Under the pieces are notes generated by a model, which was given only the letters and a program-made list of their open reading frames with translations, ran no database searches and was not told the DNA's origin. Made by a program: the position numbers and the translations under genes. Shown here in pieces: positions 13,223-25,312 of a DNA stretch of 64,000 nucleotides. Each line of letters begins with the position of its first letter. The stretch's first letter is position 1. Source of the stretch: Haliotis rubra (lineage: Eukaryota); contig NW_025765163.1 in NCBI RefSeq assembly GCF_003918875.1, positions 62,001 to 126,000 of the forward strand. Reading direction: 5' to 3'.

Positions 13223-14795
13223 TACCCTATCCCTTGTGTAGGACTGACACCATACCCTAACCTTGTATGACTGACACCATACCCTATCCCTTGTAGGACT
13301 GACACCATACCCTATCCCTTGTATGACTGACACCATACCCTATCCCTTGTAGGACTGACACCATACCCTATCCCTTGTATGACTGACACCATACCCTATC
13401 CCACATAGGACTGACACTATACCCTATCCCTTGTAGGACTGACACCATACCCTATCCCTTGTAGGACTGACATCATGCCCTATCCCTTGTAGGACTGACA
13501 CCATACCCTATCCCTTGTAGGACTGACACTATACCCTATCCCTTGTAGGACTGACACCATACCCTATCCCTTGTAGGACTGACACCATACCCTATCCCTT
13601 GTAGGACTGACATCATGCCCTATCCCTTGTAGAACTGACACCATACCCTATCCCTTGTAGGACTGACACCATACCCTATCCCTTGTAGGACTGACACCAT
13701 ACCCTATCCCTTGTAGGACTGACACCATACCCTATCCCTTGTAGGACTGACACTATACCCTATCCCTTGTAGGACTGACACCATACCCTATCCCTTGTAT
13801 GACTGACACCATACCCTATCCCACATAGGACTGACACTATACCCTATCCCTTGTAGGACTGACACCATACCCTATCCCTTGTAGGACTGACACCATACCC
13901 TATCCCCTGACACCATACCCTATCCCACATAGGACTGACACTATACCCTATCCCTTGTAGGACTGACACCATACCCTATCCCTTGTAGGACTGACATCAT
14001 GCCCTATCCCTTGTAGGACTGACACCATACCCTATCCCTTGTAGGACTGACACCATACCCTATCCCTTGTAGGACTGACACCATACCCTATCCCTTGTAG
14101 GACTGACACCATACCCTATCCCTTGTAGGACTGACACCATGCCCTATCCCTTGTAGGACTGACACCATACCCTATCCCTTGTAGGACTGACACCATACCC
14201 TATCCCTTGTAGGACTGACACCATACCCTATCCCTTGTAGGATTGACACCAAACCCTATCCCTTGTAGGACTGACACCATACCCTATCCCTTGTAGGACT
14301 GACACCATACCCTATCCCTTGTAGGACTGACACCATACCCTATCCCTTGTAGGACTGACATCACCCTATCCCTTGTAGGACTGACACTTGTAGGACTGAC
14401 GCTATACCCTATCCCTTGTAGGACTGACACCATACCCTATCCCTTGTAGGACTGACACCATACCCTATCCCTTGTAGGACTGACATCATGCCCTATCCCT
14501 TGTAGAACTGACACCATACCCTATCCCTTGTAGGACTGACACCATACCCTATCCCTTGTAGGACTGACACCATACCCTATCCCTTGTAGGATTGACAACA
14601 AACCCTATCCCTTGTAGGACTGACACTATACCCTATCCCTTGTAGGACTGACACCATACCCTATCCCTTGTAGGACTGACACCATACCCTATCCCTTGTA
14701 GGACTGACACCAAACCCTATCCCTTGTAGGACTGACACCAAACCCTATCCCTTGTAGGACTGACACCATACCCTATCCCTTGTAGGACTGACACC
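13223..14795. repeat. 28-bp minisatellite (taggactgacaccataccctatcccttg)n, about 55 copies
   Basis: Head-to-tail units with no spacers; recurrent variants (catcatgccc, cactataccc, cccacatagg, caccaaaccc). Confidence 0.97.
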
Positions 14796-14889
14796 AGGGC
14801 TATAAGTACCGTGTCCTTCATTGGCAAATGTTGACCTTCCGGGCAGAGTGACAGTATTACTAACATAGGTGATGTGAACACACTGAAGA

Positions 14890-15045
14890 GTGAGTGAGTA
14901 AGGTTTTACGCCGCTTTTTATTCCAGCAATATCACGGCGGGGGACACCAGAAATGGGCTTCACACGTTGTACCCATGTGGGGAATCGAACCCGGGTCTTC
15001 GGCGTGACGAGCGAACGCTTTAACCATTAGGCTACCTCACCGCCC
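14890..15045 (-). mobile_element. Short tRNA-derived SINE (family 3), 14-bp TSD
   Basis: Minus strand gggcggtgaggtagcctaatggttaaagcg...gggttcgattcc; (ACTC)n tail; TSD gaacacactgaaga at 14876-14889 and 15046-15059. Confidence 0.9.
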
Positions 15046-15434
15046 GAACACACTGAAGAACGACATGGCACTGACGCCACCAGTGTCCCGACCCTTGGCC
15101 ATGTACGGTGGCACTGAAGTCCCAACAAGAAGGATCAAGGTAATGATAGACGCCTTGAGATTTATGAAGAGTTACAGTGTTCCTCAGAGACGTATTTGGG
15201 GAACTATTTACCGACATTGATTGGGAAACAAATTGTGTTGTTCCATATACCTATGATGCCAGACGTGATAATTACCACAGGTCACTGACCAATCAGAGTT
15301 GAGTAAATTCATGGTGAAATGGTACGATGCTGAGCATAGGTTCCGCCACTGAATGAACCGAGGTTATGATCACAACTATGACGTCACGGTTGCTTTAAAC
15401 CAATTGCCTTAACTCACATAGGCATTCAGTCTAA

Positions 15435-17248
15435 AATACAAAACATATCGTGTATTTATTCACTTGATGACACTCAAAGAACTCGGTCATTGGACTGATT
15501 CGATGCAACCTGTTTGCTTCTATTTTCGTGCCTAAAGATGATACTTTCAGTTCTACGAAAAAATGTATGTATTTATTACCCCTGCATATCTGTATGTCTG
15601 TATGTCTGTAGGTATGCATGCATGTATGGTCATGGTTTCAAATCCTATAGTGCGGTATGTGTTGTGGAAGGAGTTATGAAAGGCTCTGGTCAAAGCAGAC
15701 CTGCACTGCAGAAATTTTGAGGGTCTACAAGAAGCGTCGTCCAAATCCTGCGCTTTTTGAATACTTGAAAAAAATGTTTTGACAGTAAAGTGGCTAAACA
15801 ACATTTCCTTTCAAGATGCGAAAAAGGTTGTTTCTAGCCGTTCACCTCCTTCAGCACAAACCTATGCCGATTTTAATGGATAAGTATTTCAATGTCATTT
15901 TTAAGAGAAAAAGAGTTGTTAGATAAATTTTCATTAAAGCTGTGTAGATTGATACATGTTTTATGATTGGTAGTTTAAATTAACAACTGATATTGTTAGT
16001 GGCTGTACAGTATCTCCGAAGTCCCAAAACAGTTTAGGTAAATTTAAACATACTACTATTTTTATGCCAGTATATATGTTACTTTAATTCATGGCCTGAC
16101 TGTTAACAGCTGAAGGGATGTTGTGAATCCAGCTTGGGTCCATGCAGGTAGCAATTATACAGTAAGTCCCTATGGTCACAAGTATGATGATCTACCGTCA
16201 GTTGTAGGCAATCTATAGTCTGATGTTATATTGTATATATATATAGTTAAAATGTTTTAGATTTAATTACTATTAAATTTACATGTGTGAGAATCTAGCT
16301 GTTTTACTGTCCTTCGTTGGCATGATGTCATCATTTATACTGGGACTCTCTATTATCGCGGCACGCGGAAACATCGGGAAAGCAGAAACACTACGCCCCG
16401 CATCGGCTGTTTACATATGCAAATTACATAAAATACATTCATCGCTCTTGAAAAAGTCATTTATTTCATTGGAATGTTATGTTTGATCGGAGAAATATTA
16501 AAGCATTCATCTTTTCAGTAAGTTCTAGAACATTTTGAAACTAGTATGATCCCAACTGCCCTTACATCTAGCATGAATCAAAACTTACTTCATCAAAAGC
16601 AATCCTGCGACAACTATAAGGTCATTTGCATATTTTCTGTGCTAAAAATATAACAGGAAGTGACGTATTTTGTAACTTTACTCTGCACAGGGCAGCAACT
16701 TGTATGGTAAGTTTTAAGCCGGAAAAACAATATTTTGTAACGTTATTGTTACCTTGTATCCAAATGAATAGAAGTTTCTGATGTTTGGGTTAAAAGCATG
16801 ATGATATTACTAATGTGAATGAAATTCCTAAATATTTTTTAATGATCAAACTATTTAGATTTGTTACTTGTCTTAGTAAACGTTTCATGGTGTCATCTGC
16901 TTGTACTGCGTGCCATAGTAAGAAAATAGCAATACCGCGATAATAGAGAGTTGCTTCAATTTCCGGGTCAAACGAGACAATCGGAATTGCCGCAATGGTA
17001 TTAAACGAGTTGCGACCATGTGTCACATTATTTGTGACAGAAATGAAGATTAAACATCAGTCAACTGAAAATATATTTAAAAGGCTTAATGTCAGTAGCC
17101 GTTCATAATCCCGATGGCGACAACATTAACTACCGCGATAATAGAGGGTCCCATGATACTTTCAATTACTATAAATCTATGACTTGATTCAGTCACGATA
17201 TGGCTGAAATACTGTCGATGTGCCTTAAAATAAAACCCCACTCACTCA
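15435..17248 (+). mobile_element. Internally deleted I-clade (Nimb-like) LINE relic: ORF1 fragments joined to the 3' UTR, interrupted by a TIR element
   Basis: About 15690-15870 translates HCRNFEGLQEASSKSCAF*ILEKNVLTVKWLNNISFQDAKKVV...TYA, a degenerate gag-knuckle C-terminus. About 15900-16330 and 17160-17248 match the LINE 3' UTR and tail at 28560-29098. Confidence 0.65.
16341..17153. mobile_element. Non-autonomous TIR element nested in the LINE relic
   Basis: TIR tgggactctctattatcgcgg ... ccgcgataatagagggtccca, with an extra internal TIR copy at about 16933-16951. LINE similarity resumes after it. Confidence 0.7.
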
Positions 17249-18611
17249 TAAGGCAAGTGAGTGTTCATAATTGTCTTTGTTCATCCAGCAGAAAATGGGT
17301 ACCCGATGGGATAAGTCATGTGACTACAACTTTCTAGCACCTACCAGGCAGCTTGGGTTAACCGGGGTAATAATGTGTTAGCGTCAAGAGCATGCTTACG
17401 AGCGTGGATATAAATATGCAGCATATGCGCCTGGCGATATTTCCTGACATCACGGTGTCACTTACCACTGGGGAGCACTGGTTTCAGGACCAGTCACAAG
17501 CACTGACCTCATGTTTGTACATGATTCATAAACATTCATCAGCATGGCGAAAATGAAACTAAATATATGACTTAATATAACTACCAATGCAAGGCACACG
17601 CTCTGACGACTATTTCCAGACATGAGAAACTGTACTCTCCCCAAAAAGAAACGCATGTGTATTTTCACGAATGTGATCTGCTAACACTAAAGTGAGATAA
17701 CACGTGTAATTCTGGATCAGTTGCAGCCAGAATACACAGTATTGAAGATCAAATGTCTGTTAACACTCCCTCTGGAGATCAATGATCGGAACCATGTGAA
17801 TCCTTAGGATTTCGTCTCTGTACCGAATAGCGGCTAAATTGCCCTGAAACGCACAAAGTGAAATTTCTGCGTGTAGTATATGTCGCCCCACATCAGACAC
17901 CGCCATAGCAGTCAACCTGGGTACCACAATTCTGTGCCTTCGAACGTAAACGTACATTAAAATTTCGGAAGATAACAAGCTAGCTAGACATACGTTTTAT
18001 ATTAAGATCCTAATCCCCGGCCCATGACCTACTAAATTAAATAAGACAAATTGAACTATAGAAATTCTAGTAAAACTAAAGCGAATGCGGACAAGTATCT
18101 TTCGAAACAGAACATTATATGTGATCAAATAATTTATGAATTATTTACAGTGGAAAATTGTTTCCTTTCAAAGCATGAGGTAATGAAAACGACAGATCAG
18201 GCAAACTTGGAGAAGGTAGGATGTGTGTTATAACATGGACCGAAAAGAATCATATGATACTTGTTTAACATCGAAGTCCTAACACTGAGTGTGTTTATAT
18301 AGATGTAAGATTCCTCAACATCTTGAGCCATGTGTTGTCCTATGTAGTGGTTATGTCTACTTGCAAGTTATTGTGTAAGTGTTTTGTATCCACTTTAACA
18401 GGAGCTTGATTGGGATTCCGTGGATCTGTGTATTTGTTTTTCCACGAGATGAAAATATACGTCAGCATTTACATGTCACTCTATTTCAAGTGGAAAATAT
18501 CGACGTTATACTCCAGTCACACTGAAAAGTATTGTTGTCACTTATGAATAACGTTTATATCTTCTCAACTATCCAGATGCATTACATTACTTTGATTTTG
18601 TTTAAGGAGCC

Positions 18612-21223
18612 ATGAATGACAGCGGGAATAGTCGGACACAGACACAGTCGCCTGTCCAGAATATCACAGTTGTCCCTCAACACGTTTCAGGTAGGGATGT
18701 TAGGAACGTCACTTAAACAGTGACTAAATGAGTATGGTTTTACGCCGCTTTGAGCAACATTCAAGCAATAGTGAGTGATTGAGTTTAGTTTTACGCCGCA
18801 CTCAGAAATATTCCAGCTATATGGCGGCGATCTATAAATAATCGAGTCTGGACTACACTAGATAATCCAGTGACCAACAGCATGAGCACGCAATTGGGAT
18901 ACGATGACACATGTCAACTAAGTCAGCAATCCTGACCACCCGATCCCTTTAGTCGCCTCTTACAGGTTACTGAAGATCAATTCTGATCCGTATCTTCACG
19001 GGTATTCCAGCAATATCACGGCGAGGGACTCGAAGAAGTGGGTTCACACATTGTACCCAAGTGGAGAATCGTACCGGAACTCAGGCAGCACGGGCGAATG
19101 CTTTGACCACCAGGCTACCCCACCGATCAACGTGAACTGAATTGTTTTAGCAATAGGTTGAAGCGGCGCCGTAAGTGCTGCTGGATATGACTATTATGGT
19201 ACCAAATGTCAGTGTAGTGTGAATGTGAAGTCACTTAATTAGGTCCACACATGTATTGACACTTCTACTGGTGGACTTTGGCTTTGCTTGGCAACTTGTT
19301 GTAGCTTGGCCACGGCTCTTTTGAGTCCGCTGCTCCATTGTCAGCAGACGAGTTCCTCCAGCTCCATGTCCAGCTCCTAGAAGTCTCACTCCAGACGTCT
19401 TTTCAGCAGACCTGGGTGCACTTTAGGAGAAGGGAACTGTCGTGGATCCTTCGGGATCATCCAATCCTCTACGCAAAAGACGAAGCTAAGGCGGCGTTGT
19501 TGGAGCAGGTGGACGAGCAGGGAGAGGAGAACGTCAATGTTGGGACTTTGTCATGACATCTTATTCCGACGGCGCGATTCAGCATGCGCATGTGTAACGA
19601 TGACGTCCTTTCCTTGTTTGTAGGGCAAGCCTCTCTGTCGCACAGCAATTTCCTGACAACGCCCAAAGTGTTGGTCACATTGACTCTTGTTTTTATTATT
19701 ATAGGATATTTATGTAGCGCACATATCCACACAACTAATACATGCTCAAGGCACCGGTATTTTCCACCTTGATCATTGGATGTCAATCTCACCGGCACAT
19801 CGTGGAGCATACAACTCTTGCCCATCCTTACGAGGTAAACATTCACAGCTGGGTGGACCGGGACACATAGCCACAGTACTTTGTCCCAAGTTGCTGTACA
19901 CGCAAGTGCTGTACACGCAACTAGGTGTTTGCACGTATACATGTGGCCACCATCTGGTCATATACCAACGGATTCGTGGGTTCTTTTGAATTTTTAGTAC
20001 ACGGGGTTGTGTACTGTATACTAGGGGTTGTGTACTGTACACTAGGGGTTGTGTACTGTACACTATGGGTTGTGTACTGTACACCAGGGGTTGTGTACTG
20101 TACACTAGGGGTGTGACAACACTGAAACAGCCGGCACACAAAGTTGACTCCAAGGTTTTTTACACCCGGTCACAGGTGGGCTCGTTCCCGACACGTCAAG
20201 CTGGCTGGATCAGAAGCCTGGCGCCTTAGACGGCTCGCCCATCATGCCCCACACTGACGGAACACTGACGAGGGCGATGAACGCTCTGCCGGTCCGCTTG
20301 TTGAATTAAAGAACAGGTTGTCCTTGACGGTGGAGCCGTGGTTTTGCGTGACTATTCGCTGAATCAGTTTTGGTATGTTTCAGAAGCCACACATTCCTGC
20401 ACAGCAGAGATACTCGCCGTGTTTTGGGGGTCTGCTGCAGTGTTCCTCCTACTTGCAGGAGCTGCGGTTATCATGTACAGGTAAGTTGGACCAATGTACA
20501 GTACCACTGTATGAAGATTCAATTCACATTCTAATCTTAGTCATTTGTAGTCACGTTCCTTCCCATGGATTATAACGTACTGAATATATGTTTACAGGTA
20601 TGTGTGTATCTTATACTAACCATGAACATTATTGTTCTAACAGAAATGGAATGTTTTCTTCCGCTGGGAAAAAGAAGAAAAGGGGATTAGATACACTGTT
20701 CGTACTCGAAGACACGCCAGCTCCTATACAACCTCCGGCCCGTCAGGAGTGGAGGTTAAGCACCTATGCTGACGTCATGAGTACTGACACCGCCAGTCAC
20801 TACCGTCGTATCAGCAGAAGTATGGGCAGTATCAACTTCAGACGGTTTAACGGCACCATGAAGGGTTCAACCTTGTACAATACTACAAGAAGCAAAATGA
20901 ACACACAAGCCGCTGTGGACATTACTATTTCAGTGGCGCCCCCAGACTTTAAAATATATAAACAGTCATCATATTGGTTAGGTACGGAGACGGATTTTGA
21001 TGACGTGTACGAATGTTTGCCAAAGAAAAGGGCAACACCTAGCAGATACCATGGAGGTCTGCGGCAAGATATTGTTCCGGAACCAGACGAAGAGGATGCA
21101 CCCTCAGAGGAACCACAAGGAGCCACTGGGATTCAACCTCAAAGGGAGACAAGGCATGTGCCGAGCAAATTTCTTTACATCTCCCCTGTGTTTAACGCTG
21201 GAAATGAACAATCAAACATATGA
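18612..21223 (+). CDS. Gene C: EGF-less single-pass membrane adaptor-like paralogue of gene B, about 251 aa; exons 18612-18690, 20384-20480, 20644-21223
   Basis: gccATG MNDSGNSRTQTQSPVQNITVVPQHVS|EATHSCTAEILAVFWGSAAVFLLLAGAAVIMYR|NGMFSSAGKKKKRGLDTLF... TM and tail blocks are clearly homologous to B; 756 nt in frame. TM and tail exons are solid; the first exon is less certain. Confidence 0.75.
18728..19126 (-). mobile_element. Family-3 tRNA-SINE with a family-1 retroposon (18771-19003) inserted in it
   Basis: The outer element matches 14890-15045; the inner one is flanked by the duplication attc(a/c)agcaata. Confidence 0.8.
19690..20250 (-). mobile_element. tRNA-derived SINE (family 4, CORE-like centre, (ATA)n tail) with an internal 21-bp tandem expansion at about 20000-20110
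   Basis: Minus strand ggggcatgatgggcgagccgtctaaggcgc..., central cttgggacaaagtact...gtccacccagctgtgaatg, tail gcgctacataaatatcctataataata. Second copy at about 37796-38280. Confidence 0.75.
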
Positions 21224-21665
21224 GAACACTCTGATGAATATAATTCCTTAATTGAGGACATAAGAACAGTGTATGGAACTGTCTGTAGTCACTGTGTATA
21301 AATGTCTTCATTTGTCAGCGTGATATTTATTGTGCATATGCTCTCTTAATTTGTTGTTTAATGCCGCACTCAGCAGTATTCAAGCTCTGTGATAGTGAGC
21401 TGTAAATAATCTTGTCTAGATTATACAAGCCAGTGATTGATATGATAGGCTTCGATTCATGTAACCAAGACATGCATGAGGCGTGTCTGATCACCCGAAC
21501 CCGATCTGAATGGGAAACGAATGTCATTTCGAGTGGCTATTTACTATTTACCAATTCAAACCTATGAGGGTATGTTGAATTATATGTTGGCAACCTGTCT
21601 GCCCTCGTGGGTGGATGTAGGCATACAAAATGTCAATATACCTCATGTATGTTCAGATCCATATT

Positions 21666-21940
21666 GACCCGTGAAGATCCGGGATAGAACAGGTCTTCAG
21701 CAACCCATGTGCTTGCCATAAAAGGCGACTATGCTTGTCGTAAGAGGCGACTAACGGGATCGGGTGGTCAGGCACGCTGACTTGGTTGACACATGTCATC
21801 GGTTCCCAATTGCGCAGATCGATGCTCATGCTGTTGATCACTGGATTGTCTGGTCCAGACTCGATTATTTACAGACGGCCGCCATATAGCTGGGATATTG
21901 CGGAGTGCGGCGTAAAACTAAAACTCACTCACTCACTCAC
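21666..21940 (+). mobile_element. Full-length family-1 retroposon, 13-bp TSD, (ACTC)n tail
   Basis: TSD tcagatccatatt at 21653-21665 and 21941-21953. Other copies at about 21340-21510, 25420-25636, 35490-35720, 40890-41120, 48363-48481, 51074-51286, 51431-51575 and 56700-56760. Confidence 0.9.
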
Positions 21941-22750
21941 TCAGATCCATATTAATATGATCGTGTAATTAGAATAATCATGTAATAATATACTTTAATA
22001 TATATTGTTGGATGTACGTCGGTAGGAATCAGACTATGTTTGGCATGATTTCACATTTCTTTAGATATCAACATAACCCCCTTTCTGTTGTAGAGAGGCT
22101 ACACTGTTTCACATTAAACCTAATTCCAATGTCAATATTCCATGGATGGTTAACGTCTTTTGCTCATCACTGTATATGTTGCTGATACGATAAGAGTATT
22201 TTTATGAACAAGATGAACAAATGGGTGCGTTGAATGAGTCCAACCATTTCAATAACTGCATTTACACCTCTGTTCATGCGGACATATGTTCAACACATAT
22301 TACGTTTCCATTATGTCATAATCATAACAAAACTATAATTATTATACAATACTATTAGCCTATGGTAGCTAACATGTACACGTCTTAGTCTCTTCCATTA
22401 AAGTTTCAGTACCTACTATGACTTACGTGTTCGTCAGTGCCACGTTTAATTTCGACTTCATGAACGCACCAGTTAACAAGATACCTACCAACTGAGTGAG
22501 AATCAGCAATACGTGAGTTAAGACCAATCCTCACACTAGTTTACTTGTGAGACCTGCACAGACCTCCGCTGCCTGGGATTCACCTACCACACAAAGCTAT
22601 GTATACAGCATGTGATCTAACGGCATACTGAAACTGGCCTGACTTTACACTGGCATGTACCATTTAAAATTACAAAAGGAAGCTACGTGTATGGCAGGTT
22701 CAGGATTTACTTCGCGTGACCAACGAACCGCTAAAATGATTCTCCCACAT

Positions 22751-23057
22751 NNNNNNNNNNNNNNNNNNNNNNNNNNNNNNNNNNNNNNNNNNNNNNNNNN
22801 NNNNNNNNNNNNNNNNNNNNNNNNNNNNNNNNNNNNNNNNNNNNNNNNNNNNNNNNNNNNNNNNNNNNNNNNNNNNNNNNNNNNNNNNNNNNNNNNNNNN
22901 NNNNNNNNNNNNNNNNNNNNNNNNNNNNNNNNNNNNNNNNNNNNNNNNNNNNNNNNNNNNNNNNNNNNNNNNNNNNNNNNNNNNNNNNNNNNNNNNNNNN
23001 NNNNNNNNNNNNNNNNNNNNNNNNNNNNNNNNNNNNNNNNNNNNNNNNNNNNNNNNN
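22751..23057. other. Assembly gap
   Basis: N run. Other gaps at 36230-36437, 51287-51430 and 62378-63235. Confidence 1.
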
Positions 23058-23428
23058 CGCTAGTTTCAACATACCACAGTACTATGGACATGGGTAAATA
23101 TATCCTCAAAAGCAGGCAGAAGGTTTCAAATGAAAACGAATGTAACGAAACCAATTGTTGAATACTAATCCTCTCAGATACACACATCCTATTTACGTTC
23201 CCGGATAATGATTTATTTGTTATACAGGCACCCGGATGTTTTGAGAAAATACATAATTCAATTTGTTCACTTGTTGTTAGGTTCTCGTTCATAACTCCGA
23301 TGTACAGTGTATGTCTGTAAGTCTACGGTTCCTTGTACACATGTGTTCTGTAGTTTAACAACAAAAACAAAGATTAATGCCATGTATATGATGTTCCAAC
23401 AATGAGCTCAGTATCACATTCCCTTCAA

Positions 23429-23991
23429 CAGCCGGTACTCCATATCAATCACTTAACATACGGGATAACGGGGTATTGCTCATAACCAGAGCGTGCATGT
23501 CAGCCGGTACTCCGTCTCAGTGACTTAACATACGGGATAACGGGGTATTGTTCATAACCAGAGCGTGCATGTCAGCCGGTACTCCGTCTCAGTGACTTAA
23601 CATACGGGATAACGGGGTATTGTTCATAACCAGAGCGTGCATGTCAGCCGGTACTCCGTCTCAGTGACTTAATATACGGGATAAGGGGTATTGCTCATAA
23701 CCAGAGCGTGCATGTCAGCCGGTACTCAGTGACTTAACAGCGGGATAACGGGGTATCGTTCATAACCAGAGCGTGCATGTCAGCCGGTACTCCGTCTCAG
23801 TGACTTAACATACGGGATAACGGGGTATTGCTCATAACCAGAGCGTGCATGTCAGCCGGTACTCCGTCTCAGTGACTTAACATACGGGATAACGGGGTAT
23901 CGTTCATAACCAGAGCGTGCATGTCAGCCGGTACTCCATCTCAGTGACTTAACATACGGGATAACGGGGTATTGTTCATAACCAGAGTGTG
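23429..23991. repeat. 72-bp minisatellite, about 8 copies
   Basis: cagccggtactccgtctcagtgacttaacatacgggataacggggtattg(c/t)tcataaccagagcgtgcatgt at 23429, 23501, 23573 and onward. Confidence 0.95.
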
Positions 23992-25312
23992 CTAGTATCA
24001 TCCCCAGCCTTTTTCCTTTATCTATTCAGTTTTATCTGTTCATGATATCAATAAAATTTTAATATTGGATATATGTAATGCACTGAATCAAACGCTGATG
24101 CAGGCTACATTATCATCATCCCCGAGATCAATGGATTTGTATGCACTAGAACTTCACCCTCAGCTTTCTGTGAAACTGCCTCATGAGGCGCTTGAACGTT
24201 TACATCCACATTACCATCTCATCCTACCGGGTACCCATTCAAAGCTGTGGCCACATGGGCACATGTCGAACAAAACTATTTGCCTAACATGTGTTTCAGC
24301 ATGAGGCAAGTCCGAATCATCACAGACACACCGACGCCCACCACCCCATATTAAGCGCTAGTCGCTATATGGCTGAAATAATGCCGATGCGACAGAAACA
24401 TATAACTCACTCACCAATATAAGTGAACAGCACTGCCAGGACCAGGCTCCACATCCCAAGTGCCAAACAAGTGATATAAAACAATGGGTAACCAGGAAGT
24501 ATTTTTATGTGCAATAGCCGCCAGGTAACAGTGTCCTATGACATTCAATATAGTCCATGTTGTCCAACAGTCAGTACGTCTGGAACATTGCCAGTATGTC
24601 ACCAGCTCAGTTCACTCCTCAAGATAACATACGATTGTACCTTGTTCTTATACTTTATTAACGCTGGTAGATCAGGTACGCCGGTGTGCTGCAAATAAAC
24701 TGCACAAAACACAAACATAGGTCGTCCCTGACAAACTATGCAGATCAGGAACATGCACAGATAAGTAAGTTTCGTCTTCACCGAGAACGGTGGAACACTT
24801 CTCATACAGGCGCCATGATACGAAAGCACACAATAACGATCACTAGACGGAGCAGGACAGTGCACATTAGTGACAACTGCTACAAAGGACTGCTGAGACA
24901 CGGTGGTAGATATGTACACCTACCCACACAGATACTGATCTAATTTTAAACATGATCACATCTACCTACATTACACCACTAGCAATGGCCGACGCGAGAC
25001 CTGCACGATAGACAACATCTTGTGTGTAAGTTTACAGTATACTAATGGACAACTTGCTAAGTATCAAACACATTAAGAACGGTATTTACTGTATCAGTAC
25101 GATGGTTTTACCTCCTCATAATTACCATCATCATCATTAAACAGTGGCTTCACTTCTATGGAGCCGGCATTTTCTGCTCCCGGGAAACCTGGAGATGTTA
25201 TGTGAGTACCATGTGGACTATCGGAAAATAAGTAAATGCACGTGTGTATATTGAACGGGTAATATTTTGATATAATTTGTATTCTATATTATTTGTTTCT
25301 TTTTCAGATGTC

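Noticed and set aside
13223-14795. 28-bp repeat array as a CRISPR
   Set aside because: Units are head-to-tail with no unique spacers, there are no cas genes, and the context is eukaryotic. The same applies to the 26-bp and 72-bp arrays.
14960-15045. tRNA-like sequences (also about 4385-4460, 20170-20250, 48670-48743) as tRNA genes
   Set aside because: They are heads of SINEs with bodies, microsatellite tails and in some cases TSDs; there is no complete cloverleaf.
18330-18374. Signal-peptide exon for gene C (MCCPM*WLCLLASYC, gtaagt donor)
   Set aside because: In-frame TAG, and splicing to 18607 creates a stop in every frame. At most a 5' UTR exon or a relic.
19300-19620. GC-rich coding-like stretch in the gene C intron
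   Set aside because: No long open frame and no recognisable motif; probably an unidentified TE relic. A tblastx/Dfam search would settle it.
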